64,000 nucleotides of DNA from Paragordius varius (GCA_964247055.1 OZ176051.1:6510001-6574000), one strand, 5' to 3'. Counted from the stretch's first letter, positions 12,311 to 25,438 are shown. Notes: generated by a model not told the origin, from the sequence alone. Program-made: numbers and translations.

Positions 12311-14789
12311 GTAGCTCTATAAAATAACCCCATTTCAAATTTCTCATATTTAAATTTTCATAAATATGGACGCCCTTTTTTAAATATTTTTTAATCGCCA
12401 GATAAGAAACCTTTTTCTGCCCCCTGAACCCAGATTAAACAAAAAGTAGTATACTAAGAATCCTGATGCATTTATTAATGATCATGTAATTTAGGATATA
12501 CGTGTGTATTGAATAGTTTTGGCTTTTAGGATTATTATTATAGTTGAAATAATTGGTCTTATCGAAAAATCCCATCGCTAACTCTGCTTCTGAAATCGTG
12601 GGTATAGAAAATAACCTGATGAAAACATATATTCTGATGGAAAAATATGTCAGGATTGTCATGGTGCTTTTGGTTTTGACCCTGAGGGATTATGTTAATT
12701 TTTGTGATAAGATCCGAAAATGGCAAAGATCACTTTTTTGAATATTTTTTTAGTGAAAGCTAGAGGCATTCCAAAAAATATTAATTATTATAACATATAA
12801 AAAGCTAAATATATTTTTTAAAAAACATTTAGATGTGGGCAAGTCTCAATTTTTGGCATTTTTAAAATAATACTCTTAAATTAACGAAAAAATGAAAAGT
12901 TTGCGCAATAAAAAATTTACATATTTGCTGGGTGGGATGATAAAAAAGTCGCACTTGACTTGTAAATCAAGCGTGGCAAGTTGATGTTAACTTAAGCCAG
13001 CAAGTGTCACTTGAAGATTGGTGATAAAAACACTTAATCAAGTCTTTTACTTATGAATGTTACTTTTTGCCATCCAATTCGAATTTTACGGAAGTTGCTT
13101 TGATCATTTCAGCCAAATTTTATAACATAAGGCACAAAAAGATAAACTAATACAATATGCATATTATGAAGTTTTTCAAAGTCACCGGCACGTATTATTT
13201 ATAATATTATAAATTTTTCTAATTTTGAGCCCGGTAATAATTTTTAAGTTGATGAAACCATGCGCCCTTAGAACACTCTCTATTACTTTACCACAAAACT
13301 CATTTTATTTTGAGTCCATTTGCAAATATAATTGGATGTTTATACAATATAACATATTATTGTTTTTAATATTATCAACATTACATTCGAAATAAATTTA
13401 TCAAATAATTTCTTTACATTAGTTAATAGTGAAGTAACCTTTATCGTTTATTGTACAAAGATTTGATATTTTACAAGATTAAAAAATAATTATTTTTTAG
13501 AAATTGTCGAGAATCAATTTTTTTACTGGTTTACGGAATTGATTTCAGCATATTTTTATATGCCATGCTTAAATATTAGCAGAGTTTTTCTAAAAATTTA
13601 TCCTCTTTTGTATCCACCCGCCAAAATTTATTAAATCTAATTTATATGATTAACAATGGTTTTAAATATAAAGGTTAAATTACATACATGAATAGTTTCC
13701 AAAATAATTTTATTCATATTTTAAAATCTGTCAATTGTGCCTTAGACCACACTTGCAAAATCTATAAGTTTTACTTGATCAATTGTTTTGATTTTATGTA
13801 GTTTAGGATATATTTTGTGATATTTTATGGATAGCTTACATCCAAATAAGTTTTAAGTTGCAAAATGTGTGCAATTTTGTTATTACCAAGTATGGACCAG
13901 CGACATCAAAAGGAAATTTTTTTTATGACTGGTATAGTATCTCAAAACAAAGGGTCCATGATAATCCTTTCTTCATATATATATATATATATTTTATCGG
14001 GGGATTTTTTTTCATGCTATAATATTGTGCACTGTGTATATATTCTGATAAAATATACCAATATTTTATGGAGGTTTAGTGTTGGGCTTCACGAGCCATT
14101 AAATAAATTATACGCGAGGTAAGGGAACCATGTCGAAAAGCAAAATATGCCACATTAATATACTATAAACTCTATTTTAAATAAATATTTTATTTAATTA
14201 TGATTTTAATATGTGCGCTCTGAAAGTCTGCAATATTCTCATCGTGCTTTTGGCCTTTACGAGTAATATTCGATATTACACTTTTATGGTAATTGCTCCA
14301 TATCTAAAACTTCAAAATTTAAGAACAAAATATTTTTTCCCACAAAGCTAAATGCTTCTATTTAAAAATATTATTGATATATATGAAATATTACACAAAA
14401 CAATATTATAACATTTTGATTGATCTGAGCTTTATTAATCTAATATATTGGCCCCCTCAGAAATGGACTATTTTTTTAATGAAAGTAAAAAAGCCGAGAT
14501 ATACCATAATATATAAATATGCGGTAGATTATTTGAAAAAAATATTAATGCATACTTTGTTATTTAATTTTAAGCAAAAATTTATGATAACCTGTATTTT
14601 AGTATTTAAGTGAATGGCAAAAAGGTGAATAATTTAAGATATATATTTTAAAAACAGATTTTTTTACAATAATTAAATGACGCAAAACGTTTCCATCACC
14701 TCTTTCCTGTTATCTGGAATTAAAAAAAATTTCATATCTCCTAGTTTTACAATGATATGTTTATGGTATGTGTGCTGAACAATCCATTA

Positions 14790-15230
14790 CTTTTTGGGGA
14801 AGGTTTGCATCCCAGAGCAATTTAAAATTTTATCTTAAAGAATATGCCTTCTTTAGTTTTTTTAGGCGCCAATTTTTTTTAAAAATGTAAAATTTTAAAA
14901 GATCTCAAACTTTTTTTGTCGCCATTTTTTCCCTATAAATTTTATTGATTCGCTAAAGCAACAGGCAAACAATGGTACATTATTGTTAGATAATGTAAAT
15001 AATTAACTCCAAGTTGCTTTAGTACTACATTTTACCAGCAAAAATATGATTTTTTTTTAATATCATCTTTTTATTTCAATCGTGTTTTGGAGCTGCCCCA
15101 ATTTTGGACTCTTGAAGTCAAAAAACTGTAAAATAATAACCTTTTTTTATACGTGAGAACAATGTTTGATAATAAATTTTAACTATAAATTTACAAAATT
15201 GAGCTCTGGGATATAAAACCACACCAAAGG
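14790..15230. mobile_element. MITE family G
   Basis: Inverted ends CTTTTTGGGGAAGGTTTGCATCCCAGAGC / GCTCTGGGATATAAAACCACACCAAAGG. Interior is colinear with 5398-5843. Confidence 0.75.
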
Positions 15231-15973
15231 CAAGGACAAAATAATGAAAAGATAATCTCAAGTGTTTATGTCCTTTAATAAAAATAATTTTTAAAGTTTT
15301 AAAATCATTTATTCGGTAAAGAATTAAGTTAAATTGTGCCTGGATAGTTTGGAGAGCAGCTATTTTTATTAAATTTGAATCTTAAATTAGTTTTTGCATT
15401 GACAAAACTAATAATAGCCGACGACAAATGGTAATTATTTTGTGTTTTTAATTTCACAGATTAATATGTGCAAATGCTTTTGTGCTTATTTCCAAATATG
15501 GCCTACCAATTTTTTTGCGATAAAATGTGGCCAGCAAGTTATTTGTGTTGGCAACTCTGCTTTACAACGATTTTAATCACAACGCTTTTTTGAACTTAAA
15601 TTTTAACATTTTCGCAATGAAATAAATCAAATTTCAATAAAATCCAAGATTTAGTGATTATAAATTAAAACATTAAAATTCCTAAAATTATTTACAAATC
15701 TAGTTTTAATTATTTAAAAATAACTGTAGAATTTATTAAAAAACTCTTGAGTTTAACTGAAAAGATTATATTACAACATGTTTTATGATTTTTTAAATAT
15801 TAAAAATAGGTCACTGTTTTTTGTTTTAAGACATTAATCGGTTTTAGTGGTAACATTCTAATATTAGGATAATAAAAATTAATTTTATGTAATCAAAATG
15901 GAACTTAAAATTTTTCAAACAAAATAAAATACAATCTGGTTCTAGAATTTACATAGAATCCAAAAATTAAGAA

Positions 15974-18201
15974 ATGATACCAACCATTAAACATTTTCTT
16001 GAGAATTATGCCCAAATAGAAGATCGCAAATTTGATCTTTTGACGCATGAATTTGCAGCGATTGTGGAAAATGCCAATAAAATATATAAAAATATGCCCA
16101 TATCTACTCAATCCCAATCCTCAGCCAAATCATTTTCTCGTACGGTTGCAACTAAGCCCGAAAATGCAAATAAAAATTGTAATAATGCAATTATACCCTG
16201 GGATCACAACAGGGTACCTTTAGATTGGAAAGTTTTTTTGCCCGACATCTCGGTATATTCGAATGATTACATTAATGCTAGTTATTTTTCTGGAGTCGTT
16301 TCCGAAAAAGAATATATTGTAACGCAATCACCTATGTTAGAAACAATAACCGATTTCTGGCTTTGTGTTTGGCAAAATGAAATTAAAATAATTCTAATGC
16401 TCTGCAACTTGGTTGAAAACGGTAAAACTGTGTGTGAGAAATATTGGCCCAATCCGGAAGAAACTTTATCTATAAATGTACCAATTGCCATACTATCTTG
16501 CGCTAAACAGCCCCCAAAAACAAACGTTATTTTTACAATCAAGTTAATGCATGTTGATACCACAAACCTCAATGATATTGGTTTTATTAAACGGGTCATG
16601 CAAATTAAATCTTGGGAAGGTGATATACGAGAAATAACCCACTTTCAAATGCCCATGTGGAATGATCAAGGAACACCTAAGCTGGGCACAAACACGATTT
16701 TACCATATTTATTGCAAATTTCTGAACCCCTAAAAAATGATGTAATGGGAGAAATTGTCGCAAATAAAACACCGCCTGTAAAAAACAATTTATCTTCCAT
16801 CATCCTTCACGATTTGGATGGTTCATTTAGGTGTGGATTAATGATTGCCTTACTTATTATATTCAATTTGGTTGCGATGGATCGATTGGAACCAGGATTT
16901 AGCATAAGTGCTTTAGTAAAAAGTTTGTTGCAGAAAAGGCCTAAAATGGTATAACATCGATTGTTGATACGCAAAATTAAGATTAATTAATTTTTATATA
17001 TGGTCTTATGACAATTCATTTGGCATAATGACGATGTATATATATATTTTCAAATTTGGTAAAACAATTATTTATTGCATAATTTTACTAAAATTATTTA
17101 TTAATAGGAGCCATATATAATTTTTCTAAATAAAATAAATTACGTCAAAAAAAGATTGAAAATAGGACCTCTCTGGTTAATACTTAATTACCTTTTCTTT
17201 TTTTGCTTTTACCTTAGGTAGTTTAAACCTGCGCTAATTAAACTGCATTGAAAATTATTTAAGATAAAATTGAATTATCAAACATTGTTCTCATAAATTA
17301 AATAAAAAAGCTTATATTTTTTACAGTTTTGTTACTTCTAGAGTAAATATTTGGGACAGCACCACAACATGATTGAAACGAACAGCTGATATTAAAATCA
17401 AAATATATCAAGTTTTAGCTAGTTCTTAAGTTAATTATTTTTGTTTTATAACCATAATTGCCTGTGGCATGCGATTTAAAATATAAAAAAATGGTGGCAA
17501 AATTGTTTTTTGAGATGAAGGTTTTTTACAATTTTACATTTTTTAAAAAAAAATTATGTATAATGCGCCTAAAAGTATAAAGCCAGCAGTTTTTAAATTC
17601 GGATTAATATCTTAAATACTTTTTAATAAAAGTTTAAATCGTTCTGGGATATAAAACTACCCTAAAATGTAATGGATAAAAAACATTTTAAAATTGGTAT
17701 CATTTCATATCACTCAAGGAGTTGTGTACATAAAATAGGATAACACCGTTTTATTCGATATTTGACAGATAACAAGCATAGAACAGTATCAACTCATATA
17801 TGAAACATGTGCCAAATTGTTTTCCCAAAAATTAACGGCAACAACGAAAGAATTGGAATTGTTTAAGCGTGATCCTTTTGAAGATGTCACCAAGATTGAG
17901 GAATTGGCTAAATTAAGTGTGGATAGGAGAAAGATGGAAACAACCAATATATTACATTTAATCCATGTTTTGCTTATAAAAATTCAGCAAATCTATCAAG
18001 ATTTAGCTAACATAGAAACCATAATAAAGTTTCGGGTATATCAAATCGAAGCTTGCGTTATTGAAGATGCACAACTGTATAAAATGAGGGACACGTTAAA
18101 AAATGAGCTTGTGTTTGACGGCTACTATGAACACCTGGATAAAATCAAAGGTAGGAAAGGCTACACACATTTTATTTTTAGATATATGATATATTCAATG
18201 A

Positions 18202-18234
<33 letters not shown>

Positions 18235-18982
18235 ATAAAATTATACTCTAGGAAGATGTCTCATAGTATCTTGTATTAAATTTTGGTTATATTATTTAAT
18301 TTTCATACAGTTTTTAAATTTAACGCGACTCATAATTTCATCGTACAAACAAAATCACGTTGCCTGTTTTACTTATTAACCAGTAGAATAATTTAAACAT
18401 TATTTATTTTATTCAATTTAGGTATCATAATATTTTTTTAGCAAAAACACTTTTGTTTGGGATAAATGTTTTTTCTATAAATAGTAATTTGTATTTAAAG
18501 ATCGGCTTTGAAACTAATAAATCCCAATGTTAAGAATCTCATTATCATTTATTATAAATATCTCGAGATATCTTTAATTTTTGTTGATTACATACCGAAA
18601 AAATTGGTAGCATTAAACTAAATAATGAAATCATTTATACGTTAATATTTAACATAGAGCGCCTAATGACTTAATTATCAAATTTAAACCCTAATTATGA
18701 GTGCATTTTTAAGGTTCCATGCTTAAGTTATTGGATGTTTGGACCAATAAAGAACAAGTGTTTAAACAAGGAATAGTTTATGCCAATCTAAAACCGGTAA
18801 ATCAATCGCCGTCATGGATACCGGTAAAAGCTATAATACCAGAATTAGACAGTGCCAATAATAATTATAATAAAGAACTGGACAATCTATACCTAATCAG
18901 TCCCAATCAAGCTAAACAAGAAATCTGTAAAATTAATCAGGATTTAATGCATCTCACCAAACTTTGCAAAAATAAAAAATAA
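15974..18982 (+). CDS. Non-receptor classical PTP-fold protein, predicted catalytically dead, with a ~190-aa C-terminal tail (541 aa)
   Basis: Exons 15974-16948, 17769-18150 and 18714-18982 total 1626 nt and are in frame. PTP motifs are IIPWDHNRV, DYINASY, YIVTQSPM, TITDFWLCVWQ, CEKYWP and EQYQLIYE. The signature loop reads HDLDGSFRCG instead of HCSAGVGRTG. An upstream exon via the AG at 15970-15971 cannot be excluded. Confidence 0.9.
17191..17669. mobile_element. MITE family G, reverse orientation, in PTP intron 1
   Basis: Contains reverse complements of family G motifs (tatcaaacattgttctc, ttgcctgt, ggtggcaaaa) and the end gttctgggatataaaactaccctaaaatg. Confidence 0.7.
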
Positions 18983-19362
18983 TACATAAATTATTTATTG
19001 TATAATAATTTTTTTTCCATTTATAATAAAATAATGTACCATGTTGTAGACACATACAATTAATTGTAGAAGCAATAATTAATATCAATACAATAAATAT
19101 AGCAAAATGACAAATTGTTTCAAAAATTATCTAAAATAATATAGAATGAATGGATGAGATTCAGGGGAAAAAAGTAACTAATATTCAACATCTATTTGTC
19201 TATTTCATGAATAAAAATTACAATTGTGCATAATTTATATATATTTTAAAATTGAATATTTTACTAATTTAAAATAAATGTGTCAAAAATGAGGGAAGCA
19301 AGAGTATGGTTTTGTTAAAATACATAATTCTCAAAATATCTATCTCACATTACAAATGTTCT

Positions 19363-22300
19363 TCAGGCTATTGTATCTAATGTGTGGAAAGATTACATAC
19401 AATATGCATAAAAAACAATTTTATAGGATTTATTTTAGAGTATTTAAATTTAACATAAATTATTTTACCTGGTAACAACTTTTGAACGGTGGAATGATCA
19501 TTATTACCAATATTTTGATATAGATTTTTGCCTACAATAAACATTAAAAATAAAAATTACGGTAATAAATTTATAAATTAAAACACTTCATAAAAACTAA
19601 TAAAACTTATTAAAGATGTAAATTGGAAACATACGCAAATTATTTGGCAATCGTAATTGTTATATAAGTTGAATAGAAAAAATCATGGTAAAAATATGGT
19701 TTATTAGACTATAACTTTTGGAGTTTTGTTTGCTGTAATTCATTAAAACCAGGAGTCAAAAAGGAATTCAATGATTAAATGCAAAAAAAGTGAAATATTA
19801 TCTTTCAAAAATTACCGTCATTTTTGCGACGAGCTTTATAAATGAGCAATATACAGAATAGTAGGAAGGAAGCTAACGAGAGTAGCGCACTCATACCAAA
19901 TGTAATGACATAATTGTGCGTTATATCTACAATGAAACCTAAAACATGAGATATAAATATAGCAGTTTTGGTTGAAAAAAAAGTAATTGGCAATGACTTA
20001 TTTAGTAAGATACATATGATATTTCTACAAAAAAATTATTTTCCATATATGGAATAAATAAGTTGTAATGTATATAATATTTATCTTTTTAACGTGATCA
20101 CGCATAAATATGTTTTCAATTGAATAAACACCCATACATTGAAGTGCATCAACTACTAAATTAGATTTTATCATAATATCATTAACATAAATTTTAATTA
20201 TATATAACGCTCTTTATTTTTGCGAAACATTAGGTAAAAAATTGTATATAGCTCTAGATCGAATACAAATTGTAATTACTTATCTACCTATCATATCCAA
20301 TTATTATGTGCAACAAACCAATTTTTAATTTTTACCTTAATACATAAAAAATAAAATTACAAATAAATCGAAAAATGTAAAGTATATTTTCTTTACATAA
20401 ATAAGTACGCTTTCATAAACATTGATTTGTTTAAAGTATATAATTACAGTAAAAATTGAAATTATACGGACAAATATATTTATTTAAAAGACGACCATAC
20501 TTTTTAAAACCTTAATTTTTTTCATATAAGCTATTTAGTTGCAAAAATAGAGAATTGATTGTGTTAGAAATATATATCTCTATTTCCCAATTTGCATTTA
20601 AATCCATGAGTTATATTGAAATAAATCAAGACTTGAAAAGTATGGATGTCTTTTAGAAAAATAAATTGTCTTTTATTTTTACGTTTTGTCCGTAGATTAT
20701 CAGTTTTTACTGTAAGTGTAATATCATTTTACATCTCCTTTCCCTATTTCGTCCAAAACGAGTTTAATGTAAAAACCAAGAAATATTTGAAAATATGATA
20801 ATTATTTAAAGCTGTTTTATCTGGATAATTTCAATTTTTCCTATATAATATTATCAACCTCCCAGAGGTGGCGACACCAATATTCCAATTCCACAAGCCA
20901 TCATAGTATAACCGTAAACAAAACTAAGATTTTGTACGCCAAATAAATCGACACAAATGGTAGGACCTAAGGCAACTTTAACTCCATAAGGAAGTCCAAA
21001 CATAATAGCTGTCCCGCACAATCCCTTGTAATCTCGTGTCGTAAGCATTAACATGGTAGCTATCCCATGCAATAGGGTACAAATGTTAAAGATCCAACAT
21101 TTAAATGAATTAAACGTTGGTTGTTGATTCATACCACTAAGAGTATTGGCTTCGATACGAGGTGTTTTGGGTGAATTTGTCTCATCACTTAAGCAAGATG
21201 ATGTATCATTAGAACTTAAATTATTATTATTATTCTCTTCCAAAACAAATCTTTTATTGGGTTGGTGTTCCCTGTGGCCTTGTCGACGTGACAGATGGCG
21301 TTTAAACCTAGTTAAAATAAATTAAGTTTAACAATATAGTGTCAAATATAAAATGTGAAATGGGTTGTTATCAACTGTAAACCGCCTTATAGGCTTTTAA
21401 CTAAATAGTTCTATATATGGAATTAAACAATTTGCAATAAGATCTAAGGATAACATACGGTGTTAATTTTACATATATCTTGACAATAGTGGTTAAGCCA
21501 TAAAAGCAATTTTTATATAAAATTATTTATATTTCTTAGCTGAATATAAAAATATTGTTGATTATTGAAATAGTTTTACATTTAATTTTTTGGTGCAGCT
21601 ATTAAGCTAAGTATATATTATCTAAAATTTGGATTATATGAGGTACTTCGCATCTATAACTCAAATTGGTAATAACGCTTATAATTGAAATAGTTACTAT
21701 TTCAAGACTAATTTCCCATATTTATATTAGTTTTTTGCAAATATTAACTAAAAAAGTCTTCTCAACATATATGTGGCCAACATAAATGGCTTTGCGAGTC
21801 ATTTTTGGATCAAAAAATCCAACGGATCGTATTCACAAAATATATTGACATTAAAAAATGTTATATATTTAAACAAAAGACAGTTAAAAGTATATTAATC
21901 TAACAATTTTTGATGGTTTATTGCTGACATTAAGAATGACTCACTAAAATTTGTTAAAGAAAATCAATTTTACTTAGATTTAAAACTGTATATAAAGTTT
22001 TTCAAGGCTGCCAAATATTTCGGACAGGGCACCGTGTGTAAGATACCCAGGTATAAAATTATCCTTACCAATTGTACAAGGTGTCACATGAACCCGCAAT
22101 CAAATTCCCAACCATCCCACTAATCATAATGACAGAAAAAATCCAAGCGGCATTCAGTGCAGGTTTAACCTTACGATCCCCAATCAAGAAATCAAACAAT
22201 AAATGCATAACTATGAAAATGGATGCAGTCCAAAGAGCTGATAAGCAAACGAACAATAGGAAAACTGGATCTCGCCAATATGCGCTATTATTATTACTTT

Positions 22301-25300
22301 TTTGTATATCATCATCCCCTATTACGCCATCTTCAGTGGTTGTAATATCATGTTCAATATGTTTTAGCAATTTAGACGGTGTAGTCGTTTGTTTATGTAA
22401 GCCTGCAAATATAAAAATGAGAAAAGACATGAAAGGGTTTAAATATTAATTAATGTTTTTTCCGAATATACCATTTTTCCAAATTCACCCTAAAAATAAA
22501 TTATGTTTTTTTGGGGCAATTAGAACTCATTAATAGGAAAAAATTCTTTATGGCATAATTTTTTTACTGCATTATGTATATATAAAGGAAATATTTTTAT
22601 ATATAAAAAAATATATAGGCAATTTTTATATTTAAAAACTCAAAATTTGTTTTAGAGTGAATTTGAAATATTCGTAAAAGAATTTGAGGGTGACTTTGAG
22701 GTGTGAATGATATATTGTCAAACTTGTCAAACATTATTGTTTTATTAAAAAATTTAACTCTTCAATTTAATATTGTTTACTTTTCCTGGAAAAACGGTTA
22801 AATATAATAAAGTATGATACATTTGTTTTTTGGTCAAATATTGATTGTATATATGAACATCTTTAAATTTTATAAAAAAATCAAATCAAAAATGTTTCAA
22901 ACATATATATATATATAATAAGTTAACAAATTTAATTGCACCTACTTGAAGGCGATGACACCATTTCGACATTAGGCGCAATATCTGTGTTAGGATAGGG
23001 GGAAACCGTAATAAAATTGGGTCCTTGTTCATTAACATCGTTGTTTTGAATCAAATCAGTCACTTGTGAAGGTACGTTAGTTTGATCAACAAGTTCATTA
23101 TCTATACTAACCACTGATTTAGTGTTTGTCGAATTTAGTGAAGATGATTTCGAGCTACTTGTAATTATGTTTAAGGGGCCATTTCTTTTATCATCCTTAT
23201 TACTGTTGTTCCCCCAAAATCGCCAATTTTTCTTTTTTCCATCACTACGACCAGATGGTGGTGTAAACTCTTGAGAATTATTAGCAAGTCTAGTCAAATT
23301 TTGGGGCGGGAAAGGTAGAAATAAGCAAGAAAAAACAACCGTTTGAAACATTAAACCACCCAGGGTTAGGAAAGCACCTCGGAATCCAAACTTTAGTATA
23401 AGCTTGTAAACGAGGGGCGGAAGTAATAGTGTCCCAAGACTTCCACCCGCTAAACTAAGGGCCTGAGCCATACTGCGTTGAGACGTGCGGGTAAAATAGG
23501 CACCGACAGCCACGACGGATGGTACATGCATAAGACCATAAGCAAACCCTAAAGTCAAAATTTTAATTAATTTTCGCCTTAAATGTCATATTCATATATC
23601 GGAGTAATTATAGTTTATAATCAAGTTTTACAGATTTAAACACTCCATTACCTTTTTTGATATAGTTTCCTATCCCAGAACGACTTAAAATTTTATTATC
23701 TTAAGTGGTATTTAAGGTATTAGCCAAAATCTAAAAATTTTGCTCTTAACCTTTTAGGCGCATTATAAAAAAACTTTTTATAAAAAAATCCTCATATCAA
23801 ACTGTTTAGCCGCCATTTTTTTCTATAATTTTTTTAATCAATGGAGCAGGCAAATAAATATATATGATATAAACTATAAAAAGCTTTTCAACTACATTAC
23901 ACCAGCAAAAATTAATATATTTTATTTTAATAGCTGAAGCTGTCCCAGTTTAAATCCGTAGAAATCACAACTGTAAAAAATATATGCTTTTTTATTTGAT
24001 ATACATGAGAAGAATGTTTGATATAACTAAAATAAATTTTAAAACTGTATTTTATTTACAAAAATGACTATTACCCCAAAAGGTTAAAAGGTAATAAAGT
24101 GTTAGTTTTTGATAAATAAATTATCTATCCGTCATTTACCATTTCATAATCTAAGTATAATTTACAGTTGAAATTCACCCTAAAATAAATTATATGTTCT
24201 TTAATATCAAAAATTACTTATATTTTATATTTTTTAAAATAAGAAATTACGTTTAAAATTAATATAATACCGAAAAAATAATTGACTATGCCATAAGATT
24301 ATATTTCTTATTAATAATTGACTATGTTAAGCCGAAAAGACAATCTATTTTTAGGGTTAATTTGAATTGTAAATGGTATATAATAGGCTAAAAATTTTAA
24401 AACTAAAACCTTGAAATGATTGAAAAATTTTCTATTGAAAGAATAACACAATTACCATTTATAGTTATAGGTAAAAACTTTTTATTAAAAAAATTTAGCA
24501 TCTTAATTTTACAAAGGATGCTATTTTAGTAGTATGAAAACAATAACTACGTGTGAAGTTAAACCAATATACTGCGGTAAGATTGGTTAATTTTAACTTT
24601 CTAGGATTATTGTTTTGATGTAAACCAAGTTTTTACCAAATATTTAAACAGGTGAAAAATTGGTAAATGCAAAAAAATGTAATATTTTATATAAAAACAA
24701 AAGAACAAAAAACCCATTAATTATAACAAAACAGTGTGATACCAGTTAAATAAAATAAACAAGTAAAAATTTGGCAGAAATCAATTAATATCAATCAATT
24801 TTTGATAACTAATTCTTTTGCCAAAAATGAGAGAAACTAAATCAAAACTAAAGTTACAATATATATATACCTTTAGAAATAAATTATACATAATTTGTTA
24901 AAATAATTATTTACCAACTATAAGTCCTATGGTAATATACAGGTAATAAATGGATGTTGCAAAATAACTTAGAGCTAGGCCAATCCCGTTTAACAAACTT
25001 CCAGAAACTATTAGAATACGCCAGTTATATCGCTTTAGAAGAATACTAACAAGCGGTCCTAAAATGAAATAAATTTAGGAAAAAATTTAAAGAAAATAAA
25101 AATATCTGATTTTTACATTAAATAATACCTGAAAAATAGAATACAGCCGATTGAATACTGTTAAACCAAGCCGTCGTACCGCGTGTGGTTCCAAAATGTT
25201 TCATCAAAACATTAAGAAATACACTAAAAGACATGCTAGTTCCAAATAAAACAAAATGATTTAGCATAGCTGATACTAGGACCACATAGGACCATGGAGA

Positions 25301-25339
25301 ATCCGGTCGTGCTTGAAAATAATTATGCATGCTTTGCAT
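19363..25339 (-). CDS. SLC16/monocarboxylate-transporter-family MFS protein
   Basis: Exons 25129-25339, 24915-25058, 22946-23548, 22069-22402, 20859-21307, 19816-19938, 19469-19531 and 19363-19376 are phase-compatible. SLC16 motifs are RPDSPWSYVV, TAWFNSIQSAVFYFSGPLVSILLKRYNWR, VGAYF..QRSMAQALSLAGG, GFRGAFLTLGG, DLFGVQNLSFVYG and SPPLGGFIVDITHNY. The start Met is inferred. Confidence 0.92.
20447..20712. mobile_element. MITE family A, complete (266 bp)
   Basis: TA|CAGTAAAAATTGAAATTATACGGACAAA ... TTTTGTCCGTAGATTATCAGTTTTTACTG|TA. It has TIRs and TA flanks at both ends. Confidence 0.9.
22471..22710. mobile_element. MITE family B (AAATTCACCC subterminal repeats, TATA flanks)
   Basis: TATA|CCATTTTTCCAAATTCACCCTAAAAATAAATTATG ... 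GGGTGACTTTGAGGTGTGAATGA|TATA. The internal tttatggcata motif is shared with 47338 and 59968. Confidence 0.7.
23651..24083. mobile_element. MITE family G in MCT intron 2
   Basis: Ends CCTTTTTTGATATAG / TATTACCCCAAAAGG. Interior is colinear with the other family G copies. Confidence 0.7.
24150..24376. mobile_element. MITE family B, reverse orientation
   Basis: GAAATTCACCCTAAAATAAATTAT on the left and GGGTTAATTTGAATTGTAAATGG|TATA on the right. The internal actatgccataagat is the reverse complement of the family core. Confidence 0.7.
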
Positions 25340-25438
25340 CCGATAGATAATATTTAAGAAAAAAAATTTATTAATTTGAATCAAACCGACAAGCAAAACA
25401 ACTGATGTATACAACACATTTTTATATTAGGCTTTACC
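25340..25438. promoter_or_regulatory. Putative bidirectional promoter region between SLC16 and HSD17B10 (99 bp between start codons)
   Basis: Divergent ATGs at 25339 (-) and 25439 (+). Includes a candidate 24-nt 5'-UTR intron at 25407-25430. Confidence 0.55.

Noticed and set aside
12400-14620. Short ORFs (12435, 12553, 13865, 14374), a signal-peptide-like 46-codon ORF at 14211, and exon-like pieces upstream of the PTP gene
   Set aside because: All frames close quickly and none joins the PTP ORF convincingly. The region looks like decayed repeats, including CAAG/CTTG-rich hairpin-like DNA at 12950-13060.
16282-16599. 105-aa ORF antisense to the PTP exon; likewise the 22072 and 35163 antisense ORFs
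   Set aside because: Shadow ORFs opposite real coding exons.
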